Assembly (NCBI GenBank): GCA_964583345.1
Contig: CAZOWT010000002.1
Span: 1 to 42,757 of the forward strand
Length of the DNA stretch: 42,757 bases
Origin: an uncultured Clostridia bacterium
GTDB lineage: Bacteria > Acidobacteriota > Aminicenantia > UBA2199
Direction: 5' to 3'
The notes below the pieces were generated by a model, which had not been told where the DNA came from, ran no database searches, and worked only from the letters and a program-made list of their open reading frames with translations. A program made the position numbers and the translations under genes. Positions 7,619 to 17,518 of the stretch are shown here, in pieces (the stretch's first letter is position 1; the number at the start of each line of letters is the position of its first letter).

Positions 7619-9604
7619 TTATCTGGATATTTCCGCTGTCATCGATGCCTTCCCCTGGGCGCCTGCCTGTGACTGGTAAATGATCCGGTAGTATATTTTT
7701 CCCGTGACCGGGGGGTTGGGGTCCATGGCCTCGGCAGTTGAAAGCGGTCCAGAAAGGAAGGACCAGTCCGACTCGTCTTCGGATTTCCGCTGGATCACCA
7801 CCAGAAAATTTTCCGGAGGCGGTGAAAAATTAATCATCACATGGGGAAACGGTTTTGAAACCCATTTCACCTTGGGAGGTTCAGGGACCGGAATATCAGG
7901 ATTGCCGATAAACACCACCACCGGGTCGGACAACTCGCTCCGGTTTCCGCTGCGGTCCAGGGCGGTTACCCGGTACCAGTAGGTACAGCCCGGACTGACC
8001 AGGGAATCGATAAATTTTTCGGCCGCAACCGGGACGGGTTTTCCCATGACCAGGCCAGGCCCTATGTCGGTACTGGCCCTGAGCACAATGATTTCCCGGG
8101 TTTTTTCTTCGGGCATCCCCGGTTTAAAGTAAATAACCGCTTTTCCGTTGATGCTTTCGATCCGGGTGATGCGGGGCACGGGCGGAAGCGACAGGTCCGG
8201 CAATTCCACTTTCAGGGAAACGCTGGGCTTGCTTTTCTGCCGGTCAAAAGCGATGGCTGTCACCCGGTAGAAAAAAGTGCCGCCGGCCTCCGACGTATAT
8301 TGATCGTCATAGGCGGTCTGCTGCAGTATTAGGTTGTTTATTCTCGTCCAGTCCTGGTCGCCGATCTTCCTTTCAATCAGGTATCCGGCAACCGGAAATT
8401 TATCTCCATCCCAGGTGATGGAAATCCGGGTGCGGCCAGCCACCGCTTTTAAACCTGAAGGCTGGGGCGGCGCGGAGACATTCCTGGCCTCGGCAAAAAC
8501 CGGTGGTGAAGGGTCTCCCAGGTCTCCACGGGGACCGGCGGAGCGTAGCCGGTAGTAGTAGGTGGTGCCACCCCGGGTCCGGTCATCCGTATAGAGCCGG
8601 ACATCGCGGTTCAAGCCCTGTCGGGTCAGAACCTCAAAGGGCCCGTTGCGGTGATAGGCCCTCTCAACCACGACCGAGGCAGTAGATGGATTTTGGTTGG
8701 GCTCCCAGGTCAGGACCACCTTCCCGGCTTTGGCCTCGGCTTTTACAGCTTCCGGAGGCAGCAGAGCCTTTAAATCCGGCAGGAAAAAGCTGATTTCCGC
8801 CGGCAGGCTGCGGCGTCCGAAAAGATCAACCTGATAGACAGAATAGGTCAACTTTTGTTCGACCGGGGGATCGCTATCCAGGAATGCCGGTTCTTTGCTG
8901 TCCCGGGAGTCATTAAGCATCAGCGGTATCGGGGTCAGCAGTTTTCGTTTCCCGCTCGAATCCGTTCGCTCAACCGCATAACCGTATGCCGGAAGGTCCG
9001 GATTGATCGGAGAGTTTTCCCAGAAAAGCTCCACTGCCTTTAGGGTAAACTTTTCCCTCAGCTTTTCCGGAACCGGCAGCAGGGGAGTTTTCCGGGAAGC
9101 ATCCACGGATGCGGATTCCAGCACCAGGCCGGTCGGTTTCCCGGACCGGTCCAGCCCCAGAACCCGGTACTGCTTCAAACCCGGAGACACACCATTCAGG
9201 TTACGGGAAATCCCCAGTGCCCGGGAAAAATCAGGACTGGCAAATGCCCGGATGGCCAGCAGTCCATATGATATCCTGAGCTGTTCCATTTCTTTTAAGT
9301 CGAAGAGGCTTTTTTTGACCTGTTCGATGGCCTCCCGGTCTTCAGCCGAAAGGCCCTCCAGTGCCGATGGTTCTCCCAGTTGGATGCGCTCGGCCAGAAT
9401 ATTTCCCCGGCGGTCCTGCAACTGCCATCCACCTGCCGGCCATTTGCCCAGGGGCGGCAGCCAGAGCAGATCGATTCTTGCGTTTCCGTCGGAAATAGCC
9501 AGAATCAATCCCTTTGATTCCACAGCATTTTCCGCTTTCAGGGGAATGCCAATTACCCAGGCAATCAGGATTAAAAATAACAGAAATGTATGTTTTGATT
9601 TCAT
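7619..9604 (-). CDS. Secreted protein with an array of fibronectin type III-like domains (661 aa)
   Basis: ATG is preceded by GGGAGGA. The signal peptide is MKSKHTFLLFLILIAWVIGIPLKA. FN3-type strand signatures recur: LTYSVYQVD, TTYYYRLRS, TFFYRVTA, CTYWYRVTALDRSGNRS, KIYYRIIYQS. Confidence 0.8.
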   Translation of the reverse strand: MKSKHTFLLFLILIAWVIGIPLKAENAVESKGLILAISDGNARIDLLWLPPLGKWPAGGWQLQDRRGNILAERIQLGEPSALEGLSAEDREAIEQVKKSLFDLKEMEQLRISYGLLAIRAFASPDFSRALGISRNLNGVSPGLKQYRVLGLDRSGKPTGLVLESASVDASRKTPLLPVPEKLREKFTLKAVELFWENSPINPDLPAYGYAVERTDSSGKRKLLTPIPLMLNDSRDSKEPAFLDSDPPVEQKLTYSVYQVDLFGRRSLPAEISFFLPDLKALLPPEAVKAEAKAGKVVLTWEPNQNPSTASVVVERAYHRNGPFEVLTRQGLNRDVRLYTDDRTRGGTTYYYRLRSAGPRGDLGDPSPPVFAEARNVSAPPQPSGLKAVAGRTRISITWDGDKFPVAGYLIERKIGDQDWTRINNLILQQTAYDDQYTSEAGGTFFYRVTAIAFDRQKSKPSVSLKVELPDLSLPPVPRITRIESINGKAVIYFKPGMPEEKTREIIVLRASTDIGPGLVMGKPVPVAAEKFIDSLVSPGCTYWYRVTALDRSGNRSELSDPVVVFIGNPDIPVPEPPKVKWVSKPFPHVMINFSPPPENFLVVIQRKSEDESDWSFLSGPLSTAEAMDPNPPVTGKIYYRIIYQSQAGAQGKASMTAEISR

Positions 9605-9617
9605 ATCATCCTCCCTA

Positions 9618-12600
9618 TCAGAACAGGCTTACCGTAAAGGTGATGGCCGGATGCCAGGAGTGATCGATGGTCACCTTGGTTTTCAGGTTGAAAGGCTTGG
9701 GCGGAGCCGGAACAGCTGCCCAAATTTCAGCGGTAAGTGATTCCGAAACATCAAATTTTAGGAAACTGCAACCCGCTTCGACTTCAGCCTTAAACCGTCC
9801 ACTCAAGCTGAAGGGACTGGGGTTGATCCCCAACACCACATCCATCCAGCCCCGGGCATAGGCGGAAAGGACATTTGAACTTCCCACTTCGAGATTCACA
9901 TTCAAACCGCCACCGACCTTCATCCCGCACTGGTTGCCGATTATCAGAAAAGCGTCGCATTGGGCAATCAGTATCTTTGCCGAAATTTTCGATCCATACT
10001 CTTGTCCCAGGTAAATGTGATAATCGCCACTGCCAAAATGCAGGTCGACCGCAGGATTCGATTGGTTACCCAGGCTGAAGACGATCAAATCTCCGAACAA
10101 AGACCTGCTCCCCCAGATTTTTCCGTCAAACCCGTCCCCGGTGAAACCCATATGACCCTGAAAATGGGGTGATCCAGTGTGTTCGGATGATAACAGCCAG
10201 TTGTCAAAATCAAAACCGGCCCCATTGTCATTGATGAGAAAATAGCCCTTCATCCAGTACCAGAATCCGGCCGGATGCCCCATATCCACATTGGCCCCGA
10301 ACTGGGTCAGGCCGGAAAAATCCGGCTGCACGGTCCCGCCCTGGTCTAAGGCCTTGAAGACATCCTGGTGGAAATTGTAGCTCAATCCCCCGCCGACCTT
10401 GAACACGTTCACCCAGCCCGGGAACAGGGCAAACCCTCCAGGTGGGGTGTAGTCCGCATATATGATGAAATAGTCTTCACCCTGAGTGTTGTATCCCATC
10501 ACCAGCCGAGCGTTGATGTTAGGAACCCCGATCATGTTCAACTTCACCTGGCCCTCGAACCGGGTGCCTCCTTCGGATATGGATACGCCGTCACCGGCCG
10601 GGCCCGGGTTGGGGGATGCCGGAATGGCCGGGTCAAACGCCAGCGGGTCCCCTTTAAGGGGAATAAGATTAAAGGCCTGTCCCTGGGCAGGAGGGATATA
10701 ATGTAGGCCAGAAACCTGAGAGCGGGTATACTGACTGACCTGGGGATATTCGATATTCAGGTCAAGTGGATCGGTAGCCGGCCCGCTTACGTAATATCCC
10801 CCTGTTCCCCTTAGAACTCGGTATTTAACCAGTATATTTTTGGCGGGAATCAGGTTGGAGCGGGACAGGGTCAACCGGGCCGAAATACCGAATCCCAGCC
10901 TGTTCTCCCCGCCAACGGTTGTCGGTGACGCCTCCAGGTCAAGGGACTGAAGGGTCAGGGGAAAATGGCCCAGCGTGGACAACCCGGAAAGGCCCTTGAG
11001 AAAATGCCCGGATCCGTTCGGAAGATAGGCATAGCCGTCGAATCCGAAAAACAGGGGAATGGCGGATACCTGGGCCAGATTTTTCCCCTCGGCTCTGAAT
11101 TCAAAACCGGTATCGCTTTTTACCTTCCAGCCGTATTGGGAGGTAAACTGCAGGTTGAATGATTTCATGGTCAGGTTGCCCAGGTTTTTGACCACCGGTT
11201 CGGCCAATCCCACGCTATCCCAGGATATTTCAAATTCATTGCCCACCTTTTTGAGCCGGGCATCCCCGGTCAATTCCGGCTCCAGCCAGGGATTCCTGAT
11301 CCGCACGCCATTGTACAGGGCGGTATAGTTGCTCTTGTCGGCGCTGAAATTGATTTCATCCACCGCGATGAAACCCTCATGGATATTGGATTGAAAATTG
11401 TTGCCGATGGCCTGTCCGCTGACGCCCGAACTCTCAATCACCCAGTCCTTCTTGGGAATCATGTTGAAAGGTTGGGAAGGCGCCAGGTCAAAGGTGTTGG
11501 CTTTGATGTCAGGGGAACCCAGATAGACCCCGGTCCAGTCCCCAACCAGTTCTTTGCCGGGACAATTCTCACTCCGGCTGAGGTCCAGCACCACGTTGTT
11601 TGCCTGGATTTGAAAGTTGGTCCAGGAAAACTGGACCTGCTCCAGGACCAGGTTCTGGTCGAAATCCCGGTTGAATATCCAGTCGCCGTTTGCAGACAGG
11701 GTTGCGGTTTTTTGCTTCCATCCGGGATGGGTGGCATTATTGTCCATATCCCTCAGGCTGGCATCATTGACTTCCAGCGATAACGTAACCAGCAGGTTCT
11801 CCTTGTTTCCGTTTTGCACCCGGCCATGGACATGATTCAGCGTTCCCTGAACGGCCGGGGCAGCGATGGGTTGATTCGGGTCCACATCGATGACCCCATT
11901 GATCACCCGGTTGCTGTTATCCACCTCCCAGTCCTTTATATCAAATACCACCGGATATTTCTTATAACCGGACGAATTCTGGGTCAGCACAAAATTGAGA
12001 ATCCCCTGGCCGTTATAGGTGTTGCCGGTTTTGTGAATCGTTTGGTTGAAATCGGTAACCAGAAAATCGCCCCCGGTGGTCGGGAAGACAAAGGAACAGG
12101 GCATTTCCGCATTGGGCCGGGTCACCAGGTAGGGGATGGTTTCCGAGACCACGCACAAGGGTGGGTCGCAGGCCCCTTCCGGGAACAGATCCGGAGGCTC
12201 GGCTTTCAGGGCCTGGATGGATGCCACCATGGGCAGGCCGCTGGCATGCTGGCTGGAGTTGAGAAAGCCGATACCCACGGTCTGGGAATTCTTGGTCAGC
12301 TCATTCAGCCAGGCCGCCGAATAGGCAGACGAATTATTGCCTGCCTGGCTGGCGGCAGCGCGGTCACCCGAGGCTAAGGGCCCCTTCCCGGACAGAAGGT
12401 AATTGCCCGTATTGCTCCCGCCGGCCTGGCTGTTCTGGCTGAAATCCTCGATTGCCGAGCAGAGAACCTGATAGAGGTTTTCATGGGATGCATCCGGGAT
12501 CACCCGGGCTTCAACCGTAACCTCATGGCGGCCGACCACCTGGACGGGCAGCGGCCCGGATTGAAGAATTTTAGCCGACTGGATGGCTTCGTCGCAATTC

Positions 12601-15260
12601 TCCCCCTCCCCCGGTTTCAGGTTATGGCGGGGATCCGAACTCAACTCCGGAGTCCTTTCGGAGAACACCACCTGCCCGTCCACCTTCCACAGGATTTGCG
12701 CCTTCCCTTTACCGAAATAGGTCAAGCGCGCCACCCCGGAGAGAAATTGATCGCAGGTCACGGCAAACGCCTCGTACCCCAGGTCGATATTGGTCTGGGC
12801 ATGTACCCCCTGCGCCGGTTCCTGGTTATCTTTATTAAACAGGTCGGTTTGCGCCGTAAGATTGCCCGATTCCATATTCTTATGCCCGGGAAAATCAATA
12901 ATTTCAATCGAAACCAGCTGAAGCGGGCCCAGGGCGCAGGGGTCGGCCTTTTCATCAATCGTGACCGTCTGGCAAAAAATCATATAAGCCCGGTCCAGCA
13001 CCCCGGACAAAGAACTGCTCCCGGATGCCGGAACCGCTGCCGGGATATTGCCGGTTTCGGAAGGGCCGGTGCTGGTCAGATAGATCAGTTTGTGAAACGG
13101 GTCATTGTCGGTTTCATCCGGGTTGATGGTTTCTCCCAGGGTTTCATAAAAATTACTTGATGGCTGCTGGATATCGTTTTCCGGCAGCAGAAAGACCCGG
13201 ATGGTAAAGTTACTGGTTTTATGATAAGTGTGCATGTGCCAGAAACTGTCGATCAACCGCAATTGCCAGGACCGTTGCCACACATCTCCATAGGAAGTGC
13301 CCAGCACCTCGGCCATCAGGGGCACGGCCCGGGTGCCGTCCCCCCAGTCCAGAAAAAGGTTGTCAAAGGTCACCACCTTTTTGCCGCTATTGGAGAGAAC
13401 CCGGGCCATGGCCCGGTAGGGTGAATCCGCCAGGTCGAAGTTTCCCGACAGTATCCACCTATCCCCGACATAATTAGATGTTATGGTGCCGGTTGCAGTC
13501 GACTTTCGGTCTTGGTTTTCCGCGTTCAACCCGCTGCCCTGGTATCCGCTGGTGGGGCAGCCGATGCCTTTCGGCCTGTCCGGAAGCCTGAGCGGCCAGA
13601 CCGGGGTTTTTTCCACCTCGATGTCCTGGTTGAACCGGTTTTCGCCCTGTCCGGGAATATCCAGTACATTTTTCACATCCCTTATGCACTCGAAGTGGCG
13701 ATAGCCGGCCACCTGCCAGGTCAAATCCGCCTGCAAGAGGGCCTGGCGGTAATGCACCAGATGTTCCTGCGCCGGAGTGCCGTCGGAAAAATATATATTA
13801 TAGCCATCCTGTTTGGACACATAGTCGTTGTATTCGGTCACCAGCCGGATTATTTTTTTTTTCACCAGGGCGGTATTTTGGGCCGGCTGATATTGCTCCA
13901 CCCCGCCGGGATAAATAATGTCGAACAGTTCCTCGACAAAAGCGCCGCTGGAGAGATAACTGTAAATCCCGCCGTTTAATCTTCGGGTCAGATAAATCTT
14001 TTCTCCGGCTTTGTCAAGAAAACGCAGTTCAAAATATTCGGCCTCGGGGTTGGTTTCCTCCCACTGGAAAATCGTGAAATCATCCAGCACCGGCACCTGA
14101 ACATGGGATCCACTTGGTGAAGAAGGATGGACTATTCCGCCATCTTGATTCTCCACCGTTTTTGACCAATCCGTAACCTCCCAGCCAGGCGTTTTCAATC
14201 TCAGGTTTTCTCCCTCTTTTTTGACCACCTCCTCGACATCCGGGCACTCGATCTGAAGCGTACTGAGCTGAACCAAAGGCATGGCGGTTTCCGGAACCGC
14301 GGTCTTGATGCTGACCTTTCCGGGACCGGAACTGGTTCCCTGCTCATTGGAAGCAACGGCCAGGCGGGTCCCTTCATTGGCCGTGGGGGGGACAAACACC
14401 CTCATCTTGGCTTTGAGGGATGAAAACACCTCGGGTTTGCCCAGGGCAGCGATGCCGCTGAAAGAGATGGCGGTGGCTTCGGTCAGGTTTTCGCCCTGGA
14501 ACAGGAGTTCATATTCTTTCCCCGGCTGCAGTGTATCCGGGGCAACCGCCGTGATAACCGGTTTGTTTACAGTTTTTTCCTCGAGAGAGACAAAATAGGA
14601 TATGACCGGAATCGGGAATTCAACGGCCGGACGTATGATTTTCAGGGTAACCTCATGATTGCCGGTCAGCTGGGTGGGAAGTGCCGGGGTGGTTCCCGAG
14701 TTAATGGAGGTCTCACCGGAAAAAGTCAGTGAAACGGTTTCGATTTTAAAGGGCATATTGTCCACCAGCCACTGCAGGGTCATGATTCCCGTGCCTTTAT
14801 ATTTGAGGTCGGCAAAGGCAACCAGGGAAGAAAAATTCCTGGGCACGCTGACAGCGGTTTTCCCATCCTCAAAATGAAGATTGATGTAGGATATATCGAA
14901 TTCGGCCGGGGGAACCGGGACGATTTCTTCGGTCACCATCACCAGGGCCTGGTCGACAACTTTTTCGATCACATCGAGATTGAGGTAGTAGGTGACCGAT
15001 ACCGTGAAGGCGCCGGTCGAGGTATAGACGTGGGTTCGGGTGCGGACACTGATATCAGTGGTCACCACCGGGGTTCCGTCGCCGAAATTCCAGTTGATCC
15101 TCCGGTCGGCAACCAGCAGGTTGGTGGCGGGTGTCAGGGTGAAAACAACCGTTTCCCCCACCTTGGGGTTGGCCGGAGTAAAGCTGACCGTGGCTGAAAG
15201 CTGCTGGATAACTAGTAAAAAAATCATTAAAAATAAAATTTTTCTAACCCGTCTTTCCAT
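9618..15260 (-). CDS. Giant secreted/envelope protein with PKD and IPT/TIG-like domains (~1880 aa)
   Basis: The best start is the ATG at 15260, preceded by GGGAGG (15265-15270); the track start at 15287 lies upstream of that SD. Signal peptide is MERRVRKILFLMIFLLVIQQLSA. Two PKD signatures are present (INWNFGDGT...HVYTSTGAFTVSVT and LFLDWGDGT...HTYHKTSNFTIRVF). An IPT/TIG-like segment reads PVITAVAPDTLQPGKEYELLFQGENL. The last ~520 aa are beta-rich and of unknown family, ending ITFTVSLF. Confidence 0.85.
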   Translation of the reverse strand: MERRVRKILFLMIFLLVIQQLSATVSFTPANPKVGETVVFTLTPATNLLVADRRINWNFGDGTPVVTTDISVRTRTHVYTSTGAFTVSVTYYLNLDVIEKVVDQALVMVTEEIVPVPPAEFDISYINLHFEDGKTAVSVPRNFSSLVAFADLKYKGTGIMTLQWLVDNMPFKIETVSLTFSGETSINSGTTPALPTQLTGNHEVTLKIIRPAVEFPIPVISYFVSLEEKTVNKPVITAVAPDTLQPGKEYELLFQGENLTEATAISFSGIAALGKPEVFSSLKAKMRVFVPPTANEGTRLAVASNEQGTSSGPGKVSIKTAVPETAMPLVQLSTLQIECPDVEEVVKKEGENLRLKTPGWEVTDWSKTVENQDGGIVHPSSPSGSHVQVPVLDDFTIFQWEETNPEAEYFELRFLDKAGEKIYLTRRLNGGIYSYLSSGAFVEELFDIIYPGGVEQYQPAQNTALVKKKIIRLVTEYNDYVSKQDGYNIYFSDGTPAQEHLVHYRQALLQADLTWQVAGYRHFECIRDVKNVLDIPGQGENRFNQDIEVEKTPVWPLRLPDRPKGIGCPTSGYQGSGLNAENQDRKSTATGTITSNYVGDRWILSGNFDLADSPYRAMARVLSNSGKKVVTFDNLFLDWGDGTRAVPLMAEVLGTSYGDVWQRSWQLRLIDSFWHMHTYHKTSNFTIRVFLLPENDIQQPSSNFYETLGETINPDETDNDPFHKLIYLTSTGPSETGNIPAAVPASGSSSLSGVLDRAYMIFCQTVTIDEKADPCALGPLQLVSIEIIDFPGHKNMESGNLTAQTDLFNKDNQEPAQGVHAQTNIDLGYEAFAVTCDQFLSGVARLTYFGKGKAQILWKVDGQVVFSERTPELSSDPRHNLKPGEGENCDEAIQSAKILQSGPLPVQVVGRHEVTVEARVIPDASHENLYQVLCSAIEDFSQNSQAGGSNTGNYLLSGKGPLASGDRAAASQAGNNSSAYSAAWLNELTKNSQTVGIGFLNSSQHASGLPMVASIQALKAEPPDLFPEGACDPPLCVVSETIPYLVTRPNAEMPCSFVFPTTGGDFLVTDFNQTIHKTGNTYNGQGILNFVLTQNSSGYKKYPVVFDIKDWEVDNSNRVINGVIDVDPNQPIAAPAVQGTLNHVHGRVQNGNKENLLVTLSLEVNDASLRDMDNNATHPGWKQKTATLSANGDWIFNRDFDQNLVLEQVQFSWTNFQIQANNVVLDLSRSENCPGKELVGDWTGVYLGSPDIKANTFDLAPSQPFNMIPKKDWVIESSGVSGQAIGNNFQSNIHEGFIAVDEINFSADKSNYTALYNGVRIRNPWLEPELTGDARLKKVGNEFEISWDSVGLAEPVVKNLGNLTMKSFNLQFTSQYGWKVKSDTGFEFRAEGKNLAQVSAIPLFFGFDGYAYLPNGSGHFLKGLSGLSTLGHFPLTLQSLDLEASPTTVGGENRLGFGISARLTLSRSNLIPAKNILVKYRVLRGTGGYYVSGPATDPLDLNIEYPQVSQYTRSQVSGLHYIPPAQGQAFNLIPLKGDPLAFDPAIPASPNPGPAGDGVSISEGGTRFEGQVKLNMIGVPNINARLVMGYNTQGEDYFIIYADYTPPGGFALFPGWVNVFKVGGGLSYNFHQDVFKALDQGGTVQPDFSGLTQFGANVDMGHPAGFWYWMKGYFLINDNGAGFDFDNWLLSSEHTGSPHFQGHMGFTGDGFDGKIWGSRSLFGDLIVFSLGNQSNPAVDLHFGSGDYHIYLGQEYGSKISAKILIAQCDAFLIIGNQCGMKVGGGLNVNLEVGSSNVLSAYARGWMDVVLGINPSPFSLSGRFKAEVEAGCSFLKFDVSESLTAEIWAAVPAPPKPFNLKTKVTIDHSWHPAITFTVSLF

Positions 15261-15313
15261 TGTTTCCTCCCGATACGAAAGAAGCATATTTTTTCATGTT
15301 TATATCCTTCGAT

Positions 15314-17275
15314 TTAAAAAGAAAAATCGCATTTTAAAAGCGCACCGGTGTTTGATTCCAAGGTTCCGGTAAAATCGGTATGCCGGTAGAATCCGCTAAG
15401 TGTTATCACAATACGCCCGGTTTTAAAAATGTTCCTGATTTCCAGGTTCAATCCGCTGTCCAGGGAATATATTTCAGAAGTGTCCGAACCGGTGATTCCG
15501 GTGCTGGCATAGGAACCGGAAAATGACAGGAATAAAATCCTGGGTATGAAATAGACATTCCCGCTCAGGAAAGCCGTATAAAGTTTGATTTCTTCATCCG
15601 TTGCCGGCCGTATGGTGCGGGATAACCCGATATAAGCATTCAAACTCAGGCGCTGCCCCTGCACCCAGGTAATCCCGCTGTTTAGGTTGTAAGAATTCCC
15701 ATCCTGTTCCGGTGCCTGCTCACAGGAGATATCATCATGCCGGAAAGCCAGGTTGAAACTGGCCCCTTTCCCCAGGTTGAAATCCAGCATTGCCGAATAG
15801 CTTTCCCGAAACAACTCCTCTTCGATGGTTATGAGCGGTGTTACCGGAAGGTTCTGAATCCCCCGATTGTAACCCAGCCTTAGCGTGGCCCGGGGAATGA
15901 ATTTCCATGAAAGCTCCACGCTGCCCTCATTGTTCCTGGCGGTTTCCACCGCCGGGTCGTTATCGGTATTGTTCCGTTCGTAAAAATACCTCCCCGACAG
16001 GCTGAACTTTTTCAAATTAAAGCCCAGGCGGGTATCGAGCCCCTGCCGGTCATTGACCATGAACGGCTGGGCTACCGAGTTGAAATCATTTCCCAGGAAC
16101 CTGTATTCCCCTGACAGGGAAAAAATCCCCTGGGAAAAATTGCCGCCGACCCTCCAGGCCTTCGACGTGACCGCATCCTGGTCATCTTCGGTATCACGGT
16201 CATAATCACTGAAAGCGAACTCCGATTCCAGCCTCAATTTGTTCTTTAAAAAACGGCCGTCCGCCAACAACGCGATAATACTTCCCTCGCTTTTTTTAAA
16301 AATATCGGAAAACACCACATTGGCCCCCAGCTCCGGGTCGTCTTTGCCGGACAGGTAAACCAGTTTGAGGGAAAGGGCCCGACTGAAAAATGAATAACCC
16401 AGTGCGCCGCCATAGGCGGCGGTTCCGGTTTCAGGAATTCCGAATCCCTTGAATCCTTTCAACTGCTGGGTATTGAAGGTAAAAACATGAAAATACAATT
16501 TTTGGTTATCGAACACATATTCCATGCCCCGCCTGCCGATGCCGTTGACGCTGAACCGGGACTCATTGAAAGAGATATCGCCCAGGTTGAAATGGCTGTT
16601 TTTAATCCCGATACTGGCTTTGAGGTCCGGCAGGTCAAAATCATCCTCATTCTGAACCGGCAGGCTGGAATAGGATAGCCGCGACTCCACCCTGATATTC
16701 AAATCGCTTTTTTGATACTGATATTGCAGCTTCAAATTCTCGGTATGCTGGGTCTGAAAATCCCCGCTGCCGGCATTGTCGTCAACCAGCGAGGTTTCCG
16801 CATGCCCGTTGAGGCCGATTCGAAAGGATGACAATTTTTCTTCCTTCTTTATTTCCGGAACTTTTCCCGGAGTGATCGGCACCACCGGTTTCCCGCTGCC
16901 GGTTATTCGGAACAAATTATCCCGGAAGTTTTCCGGCAGATATTGAATCTTTCCACCGGATTTGAAGGCAAAATAATATTCGACCGTCTGCGCAGGCAAA
17001 CTGCCCGAATCGAAAGTAAACGAATAGATATTGTCGTCTTTTTTGGCCAGCGTCTCCGCATTGAAATCCTCCAGGCCATCGTATTTGTAAAACCATCCGG
17101 CCCATTCAATCTCCTGATGGGCAGTAATCTTTATCTCGATTTTATCGCCAAGCAAAAAAGTGGACGGGGGCTGATGCTCGATGATGGAATCAACCCGGTC
17201 GCTTGCCTCTGCCGAAAATAAAAATATGGGAAACAGGACAAATAAAATAGATAACAGCCCACTGGGACACCTCAT
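15314..17275 (-). CDS. Outer-membrane beta-barrel protein with an N-terminal Ig-like domain (653 aa), first gene of the envelope cluster
   Basis: ATG is preceded by AGGGGTG. A signal peptide ends FLFSAEA. A Pro/Lys-rich linker is followed by about 500 aa of alternating-hydrophobic beta-strand pattern. The C-terminal residues LLKCDFSF show the terminal-Phe OMP signature. Confidence 0.8.
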   Translation of the reverse strand: MRCPSGLLSILFVLFPIFLFSAEASDRVDSIIEHQPPSTFLLGDKIEIKITAHQEIEWAGWFYKYDGLEDFNAETLAKKDDNIYSFTFDSGSLPAQTVEYYFAFKSGGKIQYLPENFRDNLFRITGSGKPVVPITPGKVPEIKKEEKLSSFRIGLNGHAETSLVDDNAGSGDFQTQHTENLKLQYQYQKSDLNIRVESRLSYSSLPVQNEDDFDLPDLKASIGIKNSHFNLGDISFNESRFSVNGIGRRGMEYVFDNQKLYFHVFTFNTQQLKGFKGFGIPETGTAAYGGALGYSFFSRALSLKLVYLSGKDDPELGANVVFSDIFKKSEGSIIALLADGRFLKNKLRLESEFAFSDYDRDTEDDQDAVTSKAWRVGGNFSQGIFSLSGEYRFLGNDFNSVAQPFMVNDRQGLDTRLGFNLKKFSLSGRYFYERNNTDNDPAVETARNNEGSVELSWKFIPRATLRLGYNRGIQNLPVTPLITIEEELFRESYSAMLDFNLGKGASFNLAFRHDDISCEQAPEQDGNSYNLNSGITWVQGQRLSLNAYIGLSRTIRPATDEEIKLYTAFLSGNVYFIPRILFLSFSGSYASTGITGSDTSEIYSLDSGLNLEIRNIFKTGRIVITLSGFYRHTDFTGTLESNTGALLKCDFSF

Positions 17276-17518
17276 GATTCACCCCTTTATATATTTACTT
17301 TCCCCGAACAAAACATCCCGTTTCAGCAGTAAAAAAAACCCGTGCCAATATAAAATTACTATAATCCTGCTAAAAATCGAATGTCAAGTTATTTTTTAAA
17401 AAAGCCTTATCGATTGGAAATGATTTTCCGGATCGTTATTTGAACTCGGTTTCAAAATCCCCTCTTTACAATCACAAGACTTTGTTTTAAAATCATTTTT
17501 CCCGAAGGAGCAGCGAAA

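Noticed and set aside
9003-9740. 245-aa plus-strand ORF (and similar ones at 12483-13160, 11814-12377 and 13512-13979) inside the envelope operon
   Set aside because: These are antisense shadows of long minus-strand genes with a strong coding signal. They are Arg/Gly/Pro-rich translations typical of the wrong frame or strand.
7107-17275. Possibility that the surface-protein cluster is a diversity-generating retroelement target
   Set aside because: No reverse transcriptase gene is present, and I could find no template/variable repeat pair with adenine-specific mismatches by eye.
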